From: an uncultured Chloroflexia bacterium
GTDB taxonomy: Bacteria; Chloroflexota; Anaerolineae; Anaerolineales; UBA4823
Direction: 5' to 3'
Assembly (NCBI GenBank): GCA_963828845.1
Contig: CAWHGE010000007.1
Span: 26,021 to 90,020, forward strand
Length of the DNA: 64,000 nt
Shown here: one piece after another, positions 60,739 to 64,000 of the stretch
How positions within the stretch are numbered: position 1 is the stretch's first letter
Layout: each line of letters opens with the position of its first letter
Program-made: the position numbers and the translations under genes
Notes under the pieces: model-generated
Seen by the model: the letters and a program-made list of their open reading frames with translations, nothing else
What the model was told of the DNA's origin: nothing
Databases searched by the model: none

Positions 60739-61869
60739 TTACTCGAGGGCTGCTTCTGGATAGGTCAGCAAGACCCCCAAAAAGGACTGGTTTGTCTTCC
60801 CAGTGATCAATTCATAAGCCTCGGGTGCTTTTTCGATGGGAATGCGGTGGGTGATTAGAGGTTTTACATCCACGAGGCCTTTAGCCAGCAGATCCACGAA
60901 AGCTTCCAGGTTACGCCCCTCAGACCAGCGCACATATCCAATGGGGTAATCCTGCCCTGCCTCTTCATACGCAGGATCGTACCGACCTGGCCCATAGGAG
61001 CGAGAATTTATGAACGATAGCTCTTTTTGGTAATAAATTTTCCGGGGGATAGTCAACCCGACTGCACCGATAGCAACCACATGACCACGGTCGCGGGCAA
61101 TTTCACCGGCCAGCTCAACAGGGTCTGCAGAGGGAGTATCTGCACAGATGAGGATATTGTCCAATCCCCGTCCATGCGTGAATGCAAGGGCAGCTTCTAC
61201 AGCTTGTGGGCGGAGCACCGCGATCGCACCCATCTGATTGGCAAATTTCACCCGGGTTTCATCAAGATCCACCCCAAAGACCTGGCAACCGGCAGCCCTT
61301 GCAATCCCGACCGCTAAAAGCCCCAATAAGCCCAGGCCGATCACACCCACCGTCTCACCAAGCTGAGCCTCGGAAAGCCGGAAGCCATGCAAGGCGATCG
61401 CACCCAGCGTGGTGAACGCAGCAGAATCAAAATCAACTTGTTCGGGAACTAGGGCTAACAGGTTATGCGGCACGAGGGCATACTCAGCATGGACAGCATA
61501 GCCACCCCCGGCACAGGCGACTCGATCGCCGACCTTGAATCCTTGCAGCCCCTCTCCTAGTCGCTCGATCACCCCCGCTGAAGAGTATCCGAGGGGCATG
61601 GGTTGATCCAACCGGTTGAAGGCCGCTTCAACGGTGGATAGCACACCCTCCCGACGAGCTTTATCCGCCAGTTGACGAACCAGGTCTGGTCGCGAAAGGG
61701 CTTTCCCGAGCAGTGATTTACCGGCAAATTCAACCAGCATGCGTTCCGTTCCAGCAGAGACGAGAGATGCTCGGGTGCGAACCAGCGCCATCCCAGCTTG
61801 AACCTGCGGGATGGGCACATCGACGATCACGGTCTCACCATTGTTTATATTCTGTAGAAGCTGTTTCAT
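60739..61869 (-). CDS. zinc-type (MDR) alcohol dehydrogenase family protein
   Basis: GroES-like N-domain (GDRVACAGGGYA..HAEY) and Rossmann VGVIGLGLLGLL. Confidence 0.8.
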   Translation of the reverse strand: MKQLLQNINNGETVIVDVPIPQVQAGMALVRTRASLVSAGTERMLVEFAGKSLLGKALSRPDLVRQLADKARREGVLSTVEAAFNRLDQPMPLGYSSAGVIERLGEGLQGFKVGDRVACAGGGYAVHAEYALVPHNLLALVPEQVDFDSAAFTTLGAIALHGFRLSEAQLGETVGVIGLGLLGLLAVGIARAAGCQVFGVDLDETRVKFANQMGAIAVLRPQAVEAALAFTHGRGLDNILICADTPSADPVELAGEIARDRGHVVAIGAVGLTIPRKIYYQKELSFINSRSYGPGRYDPAYEEAGQDYPIGYVRWSEGRNLEAFVDLLAKGLVDVKPLITHRIPIEKAPEAYELITGKTNQSFLGVLLTYPEAALE

Positions 61870-61994
61870 TCAATACCCTGCCTTGCTGAGATGCAATAAA
61901 GGATGATAAAGAAGATTATAGCGCGGATTTTACCGGCATGTTATAATTTTTCGCAGGTTAAATGTCAGACAACTTAAAATCAAAAGGAACGATT

Positions 61995-63103
61995 ATGACA
62001 TCCCATCCATTTCAGAAATTAGCTCAAATATTGGTGGACCATTCCACCAAGGTAAAACCGGGTGATCGTGTGGCAATCGAGACAACCACCAATGCTGAAG
62101 CTTTGGTGAGTGAAATCTATGAACTTGTCTTGCAGCGGGGTGGTCACCCACATGTGCTATTAAATCTCCCTGAGCAGGATAAGTATACTCTTCAAATATG
62201 CCAATGATGACCAACTGATCTACACACCCGCATTTCAAAAGCTTGTGACGGAGCAATTTGAGGTATATATCCGTGTACGGGCGGATATTGATCCGCGAGC
62301 TTTGAGTGGTGTACCTGGCCAGAAACAGTCTCTCCGTCAAAAAGGTATGGCACCTGTACGCAATGTGATGCTCCAACGGGGTGCCACCAATTCATTGCGC
62401 TGGGTACTGACCCAAATTCCAACCGAAGGATATGCCAAGGAAGCCGGGATGAATCTCGCGGAGTACACGGATTTTGCATTTTCTGCCTGCCATGTGGATG
62501 AAAACACCTCTGACCCGGTGGCACATTGGGAAAACATCCGCAAGCAGCAGATCGGGATGATCGAAAGTATAGAAGGTCATGATCAAGTGAAGCTGATTGG
62601 ACCTAATGTAGATCTGAACCTGTCGATAAAAGGACGCAAGTTCAACAATTCATATGGGCTGCACAATATGCCGGATGGTGAAATATATACGGGTCCGGTG
62701 GAAGATTCTGTGAATGGTTGGGTTAAATTTACCTACCCGGCGATCTATCAGGGTCAGGCGGTGGAAGGGAGTGGAGTTAAAGTTCGATAAGGGTCGGGTG
62801 GTCTCAGCGAAGGCGCAAGTAGGTGAGCAGCTGCTGTTAGCCATGATTGAATCTGATGAGGGCTCACACTATTTGGGTGAATTTGCGATCGGCACCAATT
62901 ACGAGATCAACCGTTTCACGCGCAATATCTTGTTCGATGAAAAACTGGGCGGGACCTTTCACATTGCCTTGGGAGCAGGTTATCCGGAGACGGGCAGCCG
63001 AAACACCAGCACCATCCATTGGGATATGATCTGCGACATGCGCAAGGATTCAGAGATGCGGGTGGATGGAACCGTCATTTATCGTGATGGAAAATTCATT
63101 TAA
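61995..63103 (+). pseudogene. M29-family aminopeptidase (AmpS/aminopeptidase T-like), two frame breaks
   Basis: Three colinear ORFs: MTSHPFQKLAQILVDHSTKVKPGDRV; YANDDQLIYTP...NMPDGEIYTGP; VELKFDKGRVV...GEFAIGTN...HIALG...HWDM. The breaks are near 62180 and 62775. Confidence 0.8.
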
Positions 63104-63117
63104 CGAATGCAGTAGAA

Positions 63118-63154
63118 GTAAAAACAGGGTAAGTTACACCTACCCTGTTTTTAC
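63118..63154. terminator. bidirectional rho-independent terminator
   Basis: GTAAAAACAGGGTA-9 nt-TACCCTGTTTTTAC lies between the convergent aminopeptidase and ABC genes, with A/T runs on both sides. Confidence 0.75.
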
Positions 63155-63304
63155 TTATTAGGGCAAATCTTATTATCCAACTAGATTATCAGGGGGTATG
63201 TTCTACAGAAGAAAGAGAAATCGAGGATCGATTGAATTATCTGCACTTGCTGTTCTTCAAGCCCAATCGAGGAAGGATTATTAGCGCATTAGGGCATATG
63301 TACC

Positions 63305-64000
63305 TTATAGGATTTGATGGTAAAGCTCCCACATTCGGCAATATATGCCTCCCCTTGATAATAACTGCTCATGACTACCATGTTCGATGATGTGGCCATT
63401 TTGGAGGACCAGGATTTCGTCCATGGTTTCAAGCCCAACCATGTGCTGAGTGATGGTGACCGTGCTGCGACCCTGGCTCAATTTATGAATAGATCTTAAC
63501 ACCGCAAGCTCTGTGGATGGATCCAGGTTGGCGGTTGGCTCATCAAGGATAAGCAGGGGAGAGTCCTTCAGCAAAGCTCTGGCAATTGCCAGGCGCTGGC
63601 GTTCACCAGCACTCAGGCGAAGCCCATGTTCACCAATCCAGGTGTCATAGCCTTCGGGCAACGATTGGATAAAATCGTGCAGCTGAGCCAGCTTTGCAGC
63701 CCGGATGATTTCATCATCCGTTGCAAGAGGTTTGGCAATCAGCAGATTTTCCTTGATGGTAGCGGTGAATAGATATGTGTTTTGTGAAATAATGGCAATC
63801 CGTCTACGGATATCATCCTGGCGGTAATTGCGTAGCTCTTGATTCCCAAACCGGATTGAACCATGCTGATAATCCCAAAAACGCAATAATAAACTGGTTA
63901 GTGTGGTTTTCCCAGCACCGCTGGGGCCGATCAGGGCGATATGTTTTCCTTGGGGAAGTGAAAATGATATGTCTTTTAGTCCAAATGATGACGAATTAGT
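63305..64000 (-). CDS. ABC exporter, C-terminal ATPase domain (CydC/CydD-like), 5' part outside the window
   Basis: Walker A GPSGAGKTT (read upstream of the ORF-track start, same frame), signature LSAGERQR, Walker B LLILDEP, H-loop TITQH. Confidence 0.8.
   Translation of the reverse strand, partial: TNSSSFGLKDISFSLPQGKHIALIGPSGAGKTTLTSLLLRFWDYQHGSIRFGNQELRNYRQDDIRRRIAIISQNTYLFTATIKENLLIAKPLATDDEIIRAAKLAQLHDFIQSLPEGYDTWIGEHGLRLSAGERQRLAIARALLKDSPLLILDEPTANLDPSTELAVLRSIHKLSQGRSTVTITQHMVGLETMDEILVLQNGHIIEHGSHEQLLSRGGIYCRMWELYHQIL

Overview
This is a 64-kb chromosomal segment from a bacterium with monoderm (Terrabacteria-type) traits: a T-box leader on pheST, a sortase, and the pgpH-ybeY-dgkA gene order. 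A Chloroflexota/Anaerolineae-like origin is only a low-confidence guess. Housekeeping content includes dnaA and a divergent dnaK separated by a 767-bp AT-rich spacer, pheS-pheT, panB-panE-panC-coaX, tsaC/tsaD/mtaB, selA, methylmalonyl-CoA mutase plus epimerase, and mop-tupABC (tungstate/molybdate uptake). It also holds two tandem AI-2E permeases and a cell-envelope glycan cluster (MDR dehydrogenase, Gfo/Idh/MocA oxidoreductase, heparinase II/III-like, NUDIX, GT4, MFS). The stand-out region is 4.95-12.8 kb. One promoter with an overlapping palindromic operator precedes arsR and about 12 tightly packed same-strand genes. These embed an ACR3 arsenite pump among a GcvH-like lipoyl carrier, two DGC-domain proteins, OsmC, two thioredoxin-fold proteins (one lacking CxxC), a 4Fe-4S-domain protein, an AbrB-radical SAM-SPASM enzyme, a cysteine desulfurase and two weakly paralogous ~55-aa ORFs. 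No arsC, arsA, arsD or arsM is present. This is my best candidate for an undescribed system. One technical caveat affects everything: I count roughly 35 reading-frame breaks in about 21 genes, including dnaA, dnaK and pheT. Most are therefore probably assembly indels, and many ORF-track entries are fragments that I merged by colinear protein sense. I recognised no rRNA, tRNA, CRISPR array, transposase, integrase or phage genes.
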